Part shown: piece by piece, positions 30,256-41,745 of the stretch | Layout: every line of letters begins with the position of its first letter | Numbering within the stretch: the stretch's first letter is position 1 | Origin: Planctomycetota bacterium | Lineage (GTDB): Bacteria > Planctomycetota > PLA2 > JAEUHO01 | Assembly (NCBI GenBank): GCA_050248855.1 | Contig: JBFWRP010000001.1 | Coordinates: forward strand, 160,001-224,000 | Reading direction: 5' to 3' | DNA: 64,000 nt | The notes under the pieces: model-generated | Databases searched by the model: none | Seen by the model: only the letters and a program-made list of their open reading frames with translations | What the model was told of the DNA's origin: nothing | Translations under genes and position numbers: made by a program

Positions 30256-30365
30256 GGCAGGGTCTCCAGGTCGGGGCGGGGATGCAGCGAGCCCATGGCG
30301 GAGCCCGCTGCACCGTGAAGGGGTGCGCACTGGCGAGGCGTGGAACGGCGGGTAGGACGCCGTCG

Positions 30366-32039
30366 CTACACAGGTGGCCGCGGATCCGGTGGAGCGGCCG
30401 GGGGGGCCGCCGGGTCACCGCGCAGCTGCGCAGAGCCAGCCCGACCCGTCGGCGCACGCGGACGCGTCTCCGCGCGCCGCGACTCGCCGTGGCGCCGCAG
30501 GAAGGCCCTCGCGTGCTCGCCCTCGGAGAGCGCGATCTCGTCCAGCACGTCCTCGCGGTGGCGGGTGGCCAGGAGGGCCACGAGCGCCTCCTCGGCGCTC
30601 GGCTCCCGCTCGAGCCGCGCCACCAGGTGGCGCAGCGACTCCGCCCCGACGACACCACCGCCATCGATCAGCGCCACGAGGCGCTCATCGGCCGCGGGCA
30701 GCGGCGCCGCGGCCAGGGCGCCCAAGGCCTGCTCGCGCGTCGTGCCGCGCGCCGTGAGACGCACGAGGGCGTCCAGGCCCTCGCTGCCCGCGCGGGCCAG
30801 GGCGCGACACGCCGCGAAACGCACACCGTGCTGGCGTCGCGCAGCGTCTTCCAGCAGCTCGCGCTCGCGCTCGGCCACCGGCCCAAGGGCCTGCTCCGCG
30901 GCCCGGCGCACGGGTCCATCCAGGGCCGCGTCCTCGGCCAGGCGCGCGAGCGCCAACGCGCAGCCCACGCCCTCGGCGTCGGCCAGGTCGGCCACCGCCT
31001 GCATCGCGGCAGCCAGTGGTGCCCGACGCACCGTGGCTTCGAGCAGCGGCACGCCCTCGCTCCACCGCGCCTTGCCCACCACGACCCCCGCCACCTCGTT
31101 GCCGCGTTCGGCAGCACGCACCCACTCCCGCCGCGCGACGGGTGACAGGGCACGGAGCCGTTGCTGTACGAGGGGCCTAGCGAGGAGCGGCGCGATGCGC
31201 TCGGTGTTCCAGGTGCCCACGTCGGCGGGTCGAGCCACGTCCAGGGCGGCCGCGAGCGCAACGGCCGAGCGGTCGGCAAGCGGGACCACCAGCGAGCGCC
31301 AGCGCGCGCCAGCCCGCGCGCGCTCGGCGAGCACGGCAAGCGCGGCCTCCATGAGGTCCAGGCGCCCCGCAAGGGCCTCGCTTAGGGCGTGCTGCCCCTC
31401 GGCTCCCCCGCGAACCCAGAGCAGCAAGGCCACGGGCCCGGCGTCGGCGGTCTGCCCGCGTGCGCCCAAGGCCGCGGCATAGCCCCGGGCCTCGTCCGCC
31501 GAGAGGGACCACGGCATCCGTCGCCGCAACACGGCCGCGGCGCCGGGTGCGCCGCCGCCGGTGACGTGGCGCCAGAGCACCTCCGCGGCCGCGGGGCCCG
31601 CGCCCCGCAGGCGCGTACGAGCCAGGCCGTCGCCGGCCAGGGCCGCCGCGACCGTGCGCGCCAGACCATCGTCTCGATCGATGGATCGACCAGCGTCAAT
31701 CGCCTGGACGGATCCGTCGACCGGCAGCCTGGCCTCGCCGACAGGGGCGTCGGCTGGCCGGCTGGCGTGCTGCGAGCCCGAGCCCGAGCCCGTCGCGCCC
31801 CATGGCGCCACGCGGCCGCCCGCCAGCACGCCGACCCCCAGGGCCACCAGCAGCGCAACCGCCCAGCCCAGGCGGCGCCCGCGCAACCACCCGACCGGGG
31901 CGCCGCGCAGCTTGAGCCGGCCCTCGATGCGCCCGGCGGCTGCCTCGACGTCGATCCCGTGCGGGTCCCGAGGTCGCGCGGCGGCGAGCTGCTCCAGCGG
32001 ATCGCTGGCGTCGGAACGGGAGGCCATGGGCCGGATCAC
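30366..32039 (-). CDS. Probable membrane anti-sigma factor with periplasmic HEAT repeats
   Basis: GTGA overlap with the sigma stop; short N-terminus, TM WAVALLVALGVGVLAGG, Ala/Leu-rich HEAT-like helices. Confidence 0.6.
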   Translation of the reverse strand: MIRPMASRSDASDPLEQLAAARPRDPHGIDVEAAAGRIEGRLKLRGAPVGWLRGRRLGWAVALLVALGVGVLAGGRVAPWGATGSGSGSQHASRPADAPVGEARLPVDGSVQAIDAGRSIDRDDGLARTVAAALAGDGLARTRLRGAGPAAAEVLWRHVTGGGAPGAAAVLRRRMPWSLSADEARGYAAALGARGQTADAGPVALLLWVRGGAEGQHALSEALAGRLDLMEAALAVLAERARAGARWRSLVVPLADRSAVALAAALDVARPADVGTWNTERIAPLLARPLVQQRLRALSPVARREWVRAAERGNEVAGVVVGKARWSEGVPLLEATVRRAPLAAAMQAVADLADAEGVGCALALARLAEDAALDGPVRRAAEQALGPVAERERELLEDAARRQHGVRFAACRALARAGSEGLDALVRLTARGTTREQALGALAAAPLPAADERLVALIDGGGVVGAESLRHLVARLEREPSAEEALVALLATRHREDVLDEIALSEGEHARAFLRRHGESRRAETRPRAPTGRAGSAQLRGDPAAPPAAPPDPRPPV

Positions 32040-32635
32040 GTCACGTCCTCGTGCGCATCGCGGGCCGCGCCCAGGGCACGCCGTGCGTGGTGCAGGTGCG
32101 ACTTGACGGTGGCGTAGCGCATGCGCAGCGTCGCGGCGACGTCCTGCAGCGACAGGCCCTCCCAGGCATGGAGCAACACGACCTCGCGCTGACGCTCGGG
32201 GAGCGCCGCGGTCCACGCGGCGGCGCGCCCCAGCTCGTCCTGCATCGAGGGAAGCAGCCACGTGGGCGGCTCGCGACGAAGCGACATGGCCTCGGCCGCA
32301 TCCGCTTCGTGGCGGCGGCGGCGCGCTTCGGCGCGATGGCGGTCCACGGCCGTGCGGCACACGATGCGATGCAGCCACGTGCCCAGCCGGGCGTCCCCAC
32401 GGAACGCACCGCGCTTGCGCCAAGCACGGAACAGCGCCTCGGCCACGACCTCCTCGGCGACGTGGCCGTCCCCGGTCAGGCGCCAGGCGGTGCCCAAGAG
32501 CCGCGGGAGGTCGCGTCGCACGGCCTCGTCGAAGGCACCCCGCCCCAGGCGCGCCGCGTGCGCGTCCGCGAGCACCGCCCGCACCGGGTCTTCGGTCGGC
32601 GGGGTGCGCGGGTGGGCGAGGGGGCTGTCGGGCAT
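32036..32635 (-). CDS. ECF sigma-70 factor
   Basis: AWRLTGDGHVAEEVVAEALFRAW...FRGDARLGTWLHRI (region 2); LPERQREVVLL...TVKSHLHHARRAL (region 4). Confidence 0.9.
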   Translation of the reverse strand: MPDSPLAHPRTPPTEDPVRAVLADAHAARLGRGAFDEAVRRDLPRLLGTAWRLTGDGHVAEEVVAEALFRAWRKRGAFRGDARLGTWLHRIVCRTAVDRHRAEARRRRHEADAAEAMSLRREPPTWLLPSMQDELGRAAAWTAALPERQREVVLLHAWEGLSLQDVAATLRMRYATVKSHLHHARRALGAARDAHEDVT

Positions 32636-32678
32636 CGGGGTCCAGCGGCCTGGCAGGTGCGGGCCAGGCGGTCGGAGG

Positions 32679-32708
32679 TTGGACGGCCCCCAGCCGCGCG
32701 AGGTCCAA
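32679..32708 (-). promoter_or_regulatory. Possible ECF-type autoregulatory promoter
   Basis: Minus strand reads GGACC-N16-CGTC about 45 nt upstream of the sigma start. This resembles the generic ECF GGAAC...CGTC consensus and is also a ttggac/gtccaa palindrome. Confidence 0.3.
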
Positions 32709-32805
32709 GCCGCGAAGGGAAAGCCTATCGGATCGATCCGTTCTTGAAACGCATGGTCCCGCACCCTGGCTCGCCGGGTGGTCCGCGTTGTCGTACCCTC
32801 GCGCC

Positions 32806-34499
<1,694 letters not shown>

Positions 34500-34500
<1 letters not shown>

Positions 34501-35990
34501 TGGGCAACGTCGACCTGCACGCCCGCATCCCCAACAACGTCGATCTCAAGGAAGACCGGCGTCTGCAGCGGGCGCTGGAGTCCTGGCAGCCCGACTACCT
34601 CCAGTGGTGGATGGAAATGGGGCCGGAGGGCTTCCAGGCCGACCAGATCTACCTGCGCACCGCGGTTGACGTGGGGCGCGATGGCTGGGCCCATTTCGAC
34701 TACGTGAAGATGCCCGAGTACCGCTGGGGCATCTTCCTCGAGCCCGGCACGCCCAACCGCGCCATCCCCTGCGGCGACTTCGCGGGCCAGCCCGCCTGGC
34801 AGCAGGTACCGGGCGAGTGGCGCAACAGCCTGCGCCGGATCATCGTGACCCAGGCCGATACGGAGCCGGCCTCCGTCGAGCAGCAGCGCCTGCTCGGTCA
34901 CACGGCACCCAGCCTCTACGACCTGCGCAACCTCTTCCAGGTCAACGTCGAAGAGGGCCGCCATCTCTGGGCGATGGTCTACCTGCTGCACTCCTACTTC
35001 GGCCGCGATGGCCGCGAGGAGGCCGAGGACCTGCTGCGCCGCCGTTCGGGCAACGCCGACAGCCCGCGCATCCTGGGTACGTTCAACGAGCCCGTCGAGG
35101 ACTGGCTGTCGTTCTTCATGTTCACCACGTTCACGGACCGCGACGGCAAGTTCCAGCTGCTCGCCCTGGCCGAGTCCGGCTTCGATCCGCTGGCCCGGAC
35201 GACGCGCTTCATGCTGACGGAAGAGGCGCATCACATGTTCGTCGGCGAGACGGGCGTGGGGCGCATCATCCAACGCGCCGCCGACGTCATGAACGAGCTC
35301 GGGACGGACGACCCCGAGGCCATCCGCAACCACGGCGCCATCGACCTGCCGACGATCCAGCGCTACATCAACCGCTGGTTCTCCTCGTCGGTCAACCTGT
35401 TCGGCGGCGAGATCAGCAACAACGCGGCCACCTACTTCGCAGCCGGCCTCAAGGGTCGCTACAAGGAAGAGGACCGCTTCCAGGACCACGTGGCCGTCGA
35501 GGGCATCTACGAGATGCCCGTCCCCCACCAGAACGGCGGGGACGTCGCACGCCTGGCTACCGAACAGGTACCGCTGCGCAACGCCATGAACGAGATCCTC
35601 CGCGACGACTACATCGGCGACTGCGAGTTCGTGGTCGATCGCTGGAACCGGGTCCTCGAGAAGGCCGACCGCCCGGAGCGGCTGTCGCTGCCCAACCGTC
35701 GCTTCAACCGCGAGATGGGCATCTACCGCGGCTTCTCCTTCGACCCCGAGGGCCAGCCGATCTCCGCCATCGAGTTCGAGCGCCGCAGCGGCGAGTGGCT
35801 GCCCACGGCCTCCGACAAGGCCTACGTCAAGAGCCTCATGACGCCGGTCCTCGAACCCGGCAAGATGGCCGCCTGGATCGCGCCGCCCCGCAAGGGCATC
35901 GACGGCAAGCCCTGGGAGTGGGAGTACATCCGCTTCGACAAGGCCTCCGTCGGCATCGGCCTCGGCGCCAAGCCCTCCCTGATCGGCTAG
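34500..35990 (+). CDS. boxB: Benzoyl-CoA 2,3-epoxidase subunit B (diiron)
   Basis: IPNNVDL, DTEPASVEQ, VNVEEGRH, TDRDG, EEAHH; TGATG coupling to boxC. Confidence 0.96.
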
Positions 35991-36009
35991 CTGTCGGCCG
36001 CCAACGAGA

Positions 36010-36147
36010 GCGGTAGGCGGCGGGGATCTCTTCCGCAGCTTGCCGCCCTGTGCTGCGGTAGGTGGCGGGGATTCCTTCCGCAGCTTGCCGCCCTGTGCTT
36101 GCGCCCGCAGGCGTGCCCTTCGGCAAGCTGCGGAAGAATTCCCCGCC
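36010..36147. repeat. REP-like cluster: 45-bp tandem repeat x2 plus an inverted 27-bp core
   Basis: 36010-36054 matches 36055-36099. 36121-36147 (cggcaagctgcggaagaattccccgcc) is the near reverse complement of the core ggcggggat..cttccgcagcttgccg. Confidence 0.85.
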
Positions 36148-36222
36148 TCCGTACGGGCTTTGCCGCCGACCTGGAGCGCAGACACCGGAGGACGGCGTCC
36201 ACCGGGGGCGGTCCGCCCGGGA

Positions 36223-36852
36223 TCAGGCACCCGCCTGCAAGCGCTCCAGCTGACGGTCGTGCGTACGCGACAGCAAGAGCAGCGCCAGGATCGCGCCCAC
36301 GAGACACGTCGCAATGTCCCACTGGGTGTCCCAGATGTCGCCCTGCGTGCCGAGGAACGCCTCGGCCGCGTGTCCGCCCGCGACCGCGGCCCACCACTCG
36401 ATCAGCTCGTAGAACGCGCTGATCGCAAGACACACCGACACGACAAGGAAGCGCAGCCACCCGCCGCGCCGCAACGGACTCGTCCGGAGCAGCACCTCGC
36501 GCACGACGAGCGCGGGCACGAAGCCCTGCACGAAGTGCCCGAAACGGTCGTAGGGGTTCCGATCCAGCCCCAAGGCATCGCGCACCCAGTCGCCCGCCGG
36601 CACCCGCGCGTAGGTGTAGTGCGCGCCCGCCAGCAAGCCGAGCGCATGCAGGACCAACAGGCGCTGCACCAGCGGCGTCAGGGGGAAGCGGTTGCGGACC
36701 ACGAGCACGAGGGGCAAGCCCACGAGCACGGGGAACGCCTCCAGGAACCACGTCAGCGCGTCGTGCGGCCGAATGGCGGAGACGAGCGTGGCCACCGCGG
36801 CGACGCCGACGAGCACGTACGGCTCCACGCGCCGGGCGGCCAGCTCACGCAT
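36223..36852 (-). CDS. DUF2238 (YjdF-like) inner membrane protein
   Basis: TWFLE, GAHYTYARVP, RNPYDRFGHFVQG, YELIEWW, FLGTQGDIWDTQWD. Confidence 0.9.
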   Translation of the reverse strand: MRELAARRVEPYVLVGVAAVATLVSAIRPHDALTWFLEAFPVLVGLPLVLVVRNRFPLTPLVQRLLVLHALGLLAGAHYTYARVPAGDWVRDALGLDRNPYDRFGHFVQGFVPALVVREVLLRTSPLRRGGWLRFLVVSVCLAISAFYELIEWWAAVAGGHAAEAFLGTQGDIWDTQWDIATCLVGAILALLLLSRTHDRQLERLQAGA

Positions 36853-37210
36853 CGGCCCCTTCCCCACCCGTGCCCTGGGGCACCCCGTCGGCGTCGACGT
36901 CGTCGCGCGCGGTCGGGCACGAGCGCCTGAGGTGCTCGTACGAGAAGATGCCGCTGTCGTGGCCATCGCTGAAGTCGAAGCGGAGCGCGTAGGAACCGAC
37001 GGCTCCTGCGCCCCGCAGGCGCACCTCGCGCACGTCCTCGAAGCGCGGCGGCTCGACCTGGCCCGGCGCGTGCCCGCGGCAGGCAGCACACGGACAGATC
37101 CAACGCAGGTAGGCCCCCGTGTAGCGGCTCTCGTGCCCATCGCGCCACGTGATCACCACGCGGTTGGCGTCCAGGTCCACGCGGACGGCTGCCGGATCGG
37201 TCGAGGTCAT
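36845..37210 (-). CDS. DUF971 (GBBH-like N-terminal) protein
   Basis: ITWRDGHESRY...LRWICPCAACRGH...VGSYALRFDFSDGHDSGIFSYEHL. Confidence 0.9.
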   Translation of the reverse strand: MTSTDPAAVRVDLDANRVVITWRDGHESRYTGAYLRWICPCAACRGHAPGQVEPPRFEDVREVRLRGAGAVGSYALRFDFSDGHDSGIFSYEHLRRSCPTARDDVDADGVPQGTGGEGADA

Positions 37211-39003
37211 CGCGAGGTCCCTGGTCCCAGGAGCTCCACGAGCGTACGACGCAGATCCGCCAGGTCCTCCGCCTCGTGGCACGTCGACTCCGTGCAGATC
37301 GTGGCGGCGGGCCCGTGCTCGAAGGACGGGTCCAGGCGAACCCGGGGGTCCCGTAGCGCTGCCAGCCGTACCTCGCGCAGCAGCGCGGCGCTCGCAGGCC
37401 CCCGCTCCCGTAGGGCGACGCGGAGGACCGGCCCGCGGGCCAGGTCGACCAGGCGACGGGCAGCACGGAGCGCCCCCGCCCCGTGGAAGCCGTGTTCTTG
37501 CACGGCCCGCTCGTCGGCCACGGCGCGCAGCGCCTGCGTGCAGGTCTCCCGCTCCGCCTCCGTCGCCCCGAGGTGCAGGCGGAAGCGCACGGCGCGCGCC
37601 ACGCCTTCGAGCGACGAACGACGGACCGCGAACAGGCCGACGTCCCCGTGGCCGAGCGTGGCATCGGCCCACGCACCCGTCTCGCGATCGCCCAGGTACG
37701 TGTCCATGCCCCGGGCCAAGGCCCGCGCCGCGGCCAGATGGCGTGCGCCGCGCTCGGACTCGAACCCCCGGGCCGTGGCGAGCGCCACGAGCGCGCCTCC
37801 GAGATCCGCGTAGTCCACGAGGAAGAGACGTCCGCCATCGCCCCCCGCCGCGTGCACGAGCACCTCGCCGCCCTCGCTGACGTGGGTCTTGACAAGGCGC
37901 TCGGCGGCCCGCTCGGCCGCGTCCAGTGCGTTCGGGCTGTCCGTCGCCACCGCCCACCGCACGAGCGCTTCGATGATCTGGCCGTTCTCGCTGGCGTAGA
38001 CGTTCGTGTCCACGCGCGGCACCCCATGGGGCGCTCGTCCCGCGGCATCCAGCCTGTGGTACGCCTCGCCGGCGAGTCCCGGCGCATCCGCGTCCTGGCT
38101 GGCGCCGAAGGCTCCGCCCGGCTGCTGCAGCGTCCCGAGCATCCAGCGCACCAGCGGAGCACCGGCACGCATCCACCGCTCCTCGCCCGTCCGCGCGAAC
38201 GCCTCGGCATACGCCATCAGCGCCCCCGCGTTCACGGAAACGATCTTCTCCGGATGCCAACGGTCCCAGCGGCCCTCGAGGCTGTACTGGTACATCCCGC
38301 CGGCCACGGGATCGATCAAGCTCCGCCAGGCCTCCAGCGTGCGAATCGCACGCTTCCAGCCCTGGGCCCCGCCCACGGGATCGGCGTACGAACGCTCCAG
38401 AGCGTCGAGCACGGGATCGGCCAGCGGGTACTTCTGCGGCCGGCCCCAACCCGCCGCTTGCTCGTCCCACGCGGCGTCCAGCCGCGCCTCGATGCTGCGC
38501 ACCAACGCTTCGAGGTCCTCGGCGCGTCGCAGCGGACCGACATCGGCATTGGGATCGGCGAAGCCCGGGTACGGCCCACCGGCCGCCACCAGCTTGTCCA
38601 CCTGGTCCAAGACCCGCAGCAGCGCGTCCGGACCCCGGTAGCCGCGTAGCGCCAGCACCGGCTCCCCCGCCGCCGTCAGGAACGCCGTCGTGGGCCAGCG
38701 GTAGCGCCGGAAGCGCTCGGCCAGATCCGGCCGCGCATCCGCGTCCACGTAGATGGGCAGGAAGCGCCGCGCCAACACGGCGCGCACCCGCGCGTCGCCG
38801 TACGTCTCGCGCTTCATCACGTGGCACCAGTGGCACCACGACGTGGAGACCATCAGGAGCACGACCCGGCCCTCGCGCTGCGCATGCTCGAAGGTCGAGG
38901 CGCCCCACTCGGCAAAGCCGCTCGGCGGCTCCCCCCGTGCCGACGGAGCCCCGACCGCGCAAAGTCCCGCCAAGACCGCAGCGAGCAGGGTCGCTCGCCT
39001 CAC
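37207..39003 (-). CDS. YyaL/SPATA20-like thioredoxin-domain (DUF255) protein with signal peptide
   Basis: STSWCHWCHVMKRETY, VDADARPDL, WPTTAFLT, DPVAGGMYQYS, WHPEK, FGASQDAD. Confidence 0.85.
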   Translation of the reverse strand: MRRATLLAAVLAGLCAVGAPSARGEPPSGFAEWGASTFEHAQREGRVVLLMVSTSWCHWCHVMKRETYGDARVRAVLARRFLPIYVDADARPDLAERFRRYRWPTTAFLTAAGEPVLALRGYRGPDALLRVLDQVDKLVAAGGPYPGFADPNADVGPLRRAEDLEALVRSIEARLDAAWDEQAAGWGRPQKYPLADPVLDALERSYADPVGGAQGWKRAIRTLEAWRSLIDPVAGGMYQYSLEGRWDRWHPEKIVSVNAGALMAYAEAFARTGEERWMRAGAPLVRWMLGTLQQPGGAFGASQDADAPGLAGEAYHRLDAAGRAPHGVPRVDTNVYASENGQIIEALVRWAVATDSPNALDAAERAAERLVKTHVSEGGEVLVHAAGGDGGRLFLVDYADLGGALVALATARGFESERGARHLAAARALARGMDTYLGDRETGAWADATLGHGDVGLFAVRRSSLEGVARAVRFRLHLGATEAERETCTQALRAVADERAVQEHGFHGAGALRAARRLVDLARGPVLRVALRERGPASAALLREVRLAALRDPRVRLDPSFEHGPAATICTESTCHEAEDLADLRRTLVELLGPGTSR

Positions 39004-41168
39004 GGACGTCCGATCTCCTGGGCCAGGAAGGTGTGCTCGTCGAGCAGCTCTTCCTTGTACTGCTTGAGCGACGCGCTCCCGTGGCCGCTGTCGCGGTCGA
39101 CGCGCAGCAGGATCGGGTGGTCCGACGTGTTCAGGTGCTGGAGGGCCGCGGTCAGCTTGCGGGCGTGAAACGTGTTCACGCGCCCGTCCTCCAAGCCGGA
39201 GGTGGTCAGGACCGCCGGGTAGGCCGCCCGCCCCAGGTTGTGGTACGGCGACCACGCGCAGATGCCCGGGAAGGCATCGGCATCGTCGGGATCTCCGTAC
39301 TCCTTCGTCCACGACGCGGCGAACTGGAACTTGTGGAAGCGAAGCATGTCGATCAGCGGCACGCCGCAGATCACGGCGCGACACAGGTCCGGACGCTGGG
39401 CAATGACGGCCGCCACGAGCAGGCCACCGTTGCTGCCGCCCTCGATGGCCAGCCGCGAGCGATCGACCTTGCCGTCGGCCACCAGCCCATCGGCCACGGC
39501 GATGAAGTCGTCGAAGACGTTCTGCTTGTTCTCGAGGCACCCGGCCTCGTGCCACGCCTCGCCGAACTCGTCGCCCCCCCGGAGGCAGGCGATCGCGTAC
39601 ACGCCGCCCCGCTCGGCCCACAGCGCCCGCGCCTTGCTGAAGCCCGGGTAGAGGCCCACGCGGAAGCCCCCGTACCCGTAGAGCACGAGCGGCGTGGTGC
39701 CGCCGTAGGCCACGTCCTTGCGGCGGAGGAGGAACACGGGAATCTCCGTGCCGTCCTTGCTCGTGTAGCGGACGCGCTCGGTGACCAGGTTCGCCACGTC
39801 GATCGTGGTGGGCATCTGCTCGATCTGCCTCGGTGCCAGCATCGCCAGTCCGCCGGCTTCCGCCGGCTTGCCAGGGGCCGCGAGATCCACGACCCAGGTG
39901 CTGAACGGCACGCTGTAGGACTGGAAGCCGAACCAGAGGCGCGTGTCCCCTTGGCGCGTGCGCAGACCGCGGACGGTGCCGGGCGCCGGCAGGCGGACTT
40001 CGCGGGGCTCGTCGCTGCCGTCGAGCAGCCGCACGTAGAGGCGGCTGATCACGTCCTCGCGGATGAGCGCCACCACGTAGCGGTCGTCGACGACCGCCAC
40101 CTCGTCCAGGACGGCGGTCTTGCTGCGCGGCAGCTCGAGCTCGTCCCAGGCACCGGGGGTGCCGTCGTCGTTGACGGGTGCCGTGTAGAGAGCGCGCAGG
40201 TCGGTGTGACGGTCGCTGTTCAAGAGGAACGTGTCGCCGATGCGATCCACCCACGTGCGGTCCGTCATGCCCGTGACGATCGGCGTCTTCACGAGGCCGC
40301 CGGGCACCACCTCGACCTGCCACGTCTCGTGGTCCTGCCAGGGCATGCCCTGCACCAGGAAGAGGTGCTTCTCGTCGGAGCTGCGGTACACCCCGCGCCA
40401 CTCCAGCTTGGGTCGGCCGCGGCCGTAGACCATGACGTCGTCCCAGGGCATGTCCCCGAGCCGGTGGTGGAAGATGCGGCGGTGGTACTGCTCGTCACCC
40501 TCCGGCACGGACTCGCCGTCGGGGAGCCGGTTGTAGAAGAAGCCCTTGCCGTCCAGGTCCCAGGCGACGTCGGTGAACTTGCAGCGCGTGATCCGCTCGG
40601 GCAGGTCCTTGCCCGTGACGACGTCACGGATCAAGAGGTCCATGTCCTCGCTGCCCTTCTCGTCACGCAGGTACGCCACGTGCGAGCCGGTCGGGGAGAC
40701 GAACCAATCCCCCATGCCCGCCGTGCCGTCCTCGCTCCAGGTGTTGGGGTCCAGGACCACGCGCGGGGTCTGGAGCGTGTCCTCCTCGTCCGTGACGTAG
40801 AGGACCGCGTGGTTGGCGCCCTCCGGGCGCTTCGTGAACCACATGCGACCGCCCTCGAAGGTCGGCAGCGAGCGCATGCCCGGCAGGTCGAGCTCCTCGG
40901 CGATCCGCTTCCGCCACGCGTCGCGTTCCGGCCACGCATCGAGGCGCTTGCGGACCAGCGCCAGCTGCGCCTCGTCGAACGCGACGACCTCGGGCGCATC
41001 GTCGTCCTCGGTCCAGCGGTAGGGGTCGGGAACGGCCTCGCCGTGCATCACGTCGACGACGTCACCGCGCGGGGCCGGCGGGTAGTCGAGCTTCTCGTCC
41101 GCCCGGCCGGGCGAGGCCGGCAGCGCGGGCAGCAAGAGGGCGGCAAGCAGCAAGGGACGGAAGCGCAT
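39000..41168 (-). CDS. Secreted prolyl oligopeptidase (S9A)
   Basis: VPDPYRW, SKDGTEIP, LYGYGGF, LRGGDEFGEAWH, GGSNGG, DGRV, DSGHG. Confidence 0.93.
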   Translation of the reverse strand: MRFRPLLLAALLLPALPASPGRADEKLDYPPAPRGDVVDVMHGEAVPDPYRWTEDDDAPEVVAFDEAQLALVRKRLDAWPERDAWRKRIAEELDLPGMRSLPTFEGGRMWFTKRPEGANHAVLYVTDEEDTLQTPRVVLDPNTWSEDGTAGMGDWFVSPTGSHVAYLRDEKGSEDMDLLIRDVVTGKDLPERITRCKFTDVAWDLDGKGFFYNRLPDGESVPEGDEQYHRRIFHHRLGDMPWDDVMVYGRGRPKLEWRGVYRSSDEKHLFLVQGMPWQDHETWQVEVVPGGLVKTPIVTGMTDRTWVDRIGDTFLLNSDRHTDLRALYTAPVNDDGTPGAWDELELPRSKTAVLDEVAVVDDRYVVALIREDVISRLYVRLLDGSDEPREVRLPAPGTVRGLRTRQGDTRLWFGFQSYSVPFSTWVVDLAAPGKPAEAGGLAMLAPRQIEQMPTTIDVANLVTERVRYTSKDGTEIPVFLLRRKDVAYGGTTPLVLYGYGGFRVGLYPGFSKARALWAERGGVYAIACLRGGDEFGEAWHEAGCLENKQNVFDDFIAVADGLVADGKVDRSRLAIEGGSNGGLLVAAVIAQRPDLCRAVICGVPLIDMLRFHKFQFAASWTKEYGDPDDADAFPGICAWSPYHNLGRAAYPAVLTTSGLEDGRVNTFHARKLTAALQHLNTSDHPILLRVDRDSGHGSASLKQYKEELLDEHTFLAQEIGRP

Positions 41169-41668
41169 CAGGACTCCAGACGACGTAGGACGCGCGGGGG
41201 AAGGGACCACGAGAGGGTGCCCCCACCGCGGCGAGGGACCCCCGGATACCCGATCGCGAGTGCGGCGGCCTTCTTGAGCTCGATGCGCAAGTCCGGCTGG
41301 CCGGTCAGGAGCCACGAGGCGAGCGCAGCGAGCGAGGGCTGGTGCCCCACGAGCACGACGCTGCCCGAGGCTTGGCGCAGCGCCGGATCGGCGAGGATCT
41401 CCTCGTAGGGCCCGCCCAGGGCCAGGGCCTGGCTCGTGGACGGAGGCGCGGCGTGGAGCGCCTGGGCCACGATCGCGGCCGTCTCCTCGGCGCGGCGCAG
41501 CGGACTCGTGACGACGGCGGGCGGCTCGTCGAAGAGCGTCGCCAAGCCGCGTGCCGCCTCGCGCGTCCGCTCGATGCCTTCGGGCGAGAGGCCGCGCTCC
41601 GCATCGGAGCGCGCACCCTCCACGCCGACGGGCGACGCGATGCCATGGCGCACGAGCACGACGAGCAT
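41168..41668 (-). CDS. sixA: SixA-type phosphohistidine phosphatase
   Basis: LVRHG, DAERGL, TSPLRRAEETA, LVGHQP, LKKA. Confidence 0.85.
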   Translation of the reverse strand: MLVVLVRHGIASPVGVEGARSDAERGLSPEGIERTREAARGLATLFDEPPAVVTSPLRRAEETAAIVAQALHAAPPSTSQALALGGPYEEILADPALRQASGSVVLVGHQPSLAALASWLLTGQPDLRIELKKAAALAIGYPGVPRRGGGTLSWSLPPRVLRRLES

Positions 41669-41745
41669 GGGGCACGACCTCCGAGCGGCGAAGCATACGC
41701 CCCTTGCATGCGCGTGGCGGCCCCGGCGCGTAGCCTCGGCCCTTC

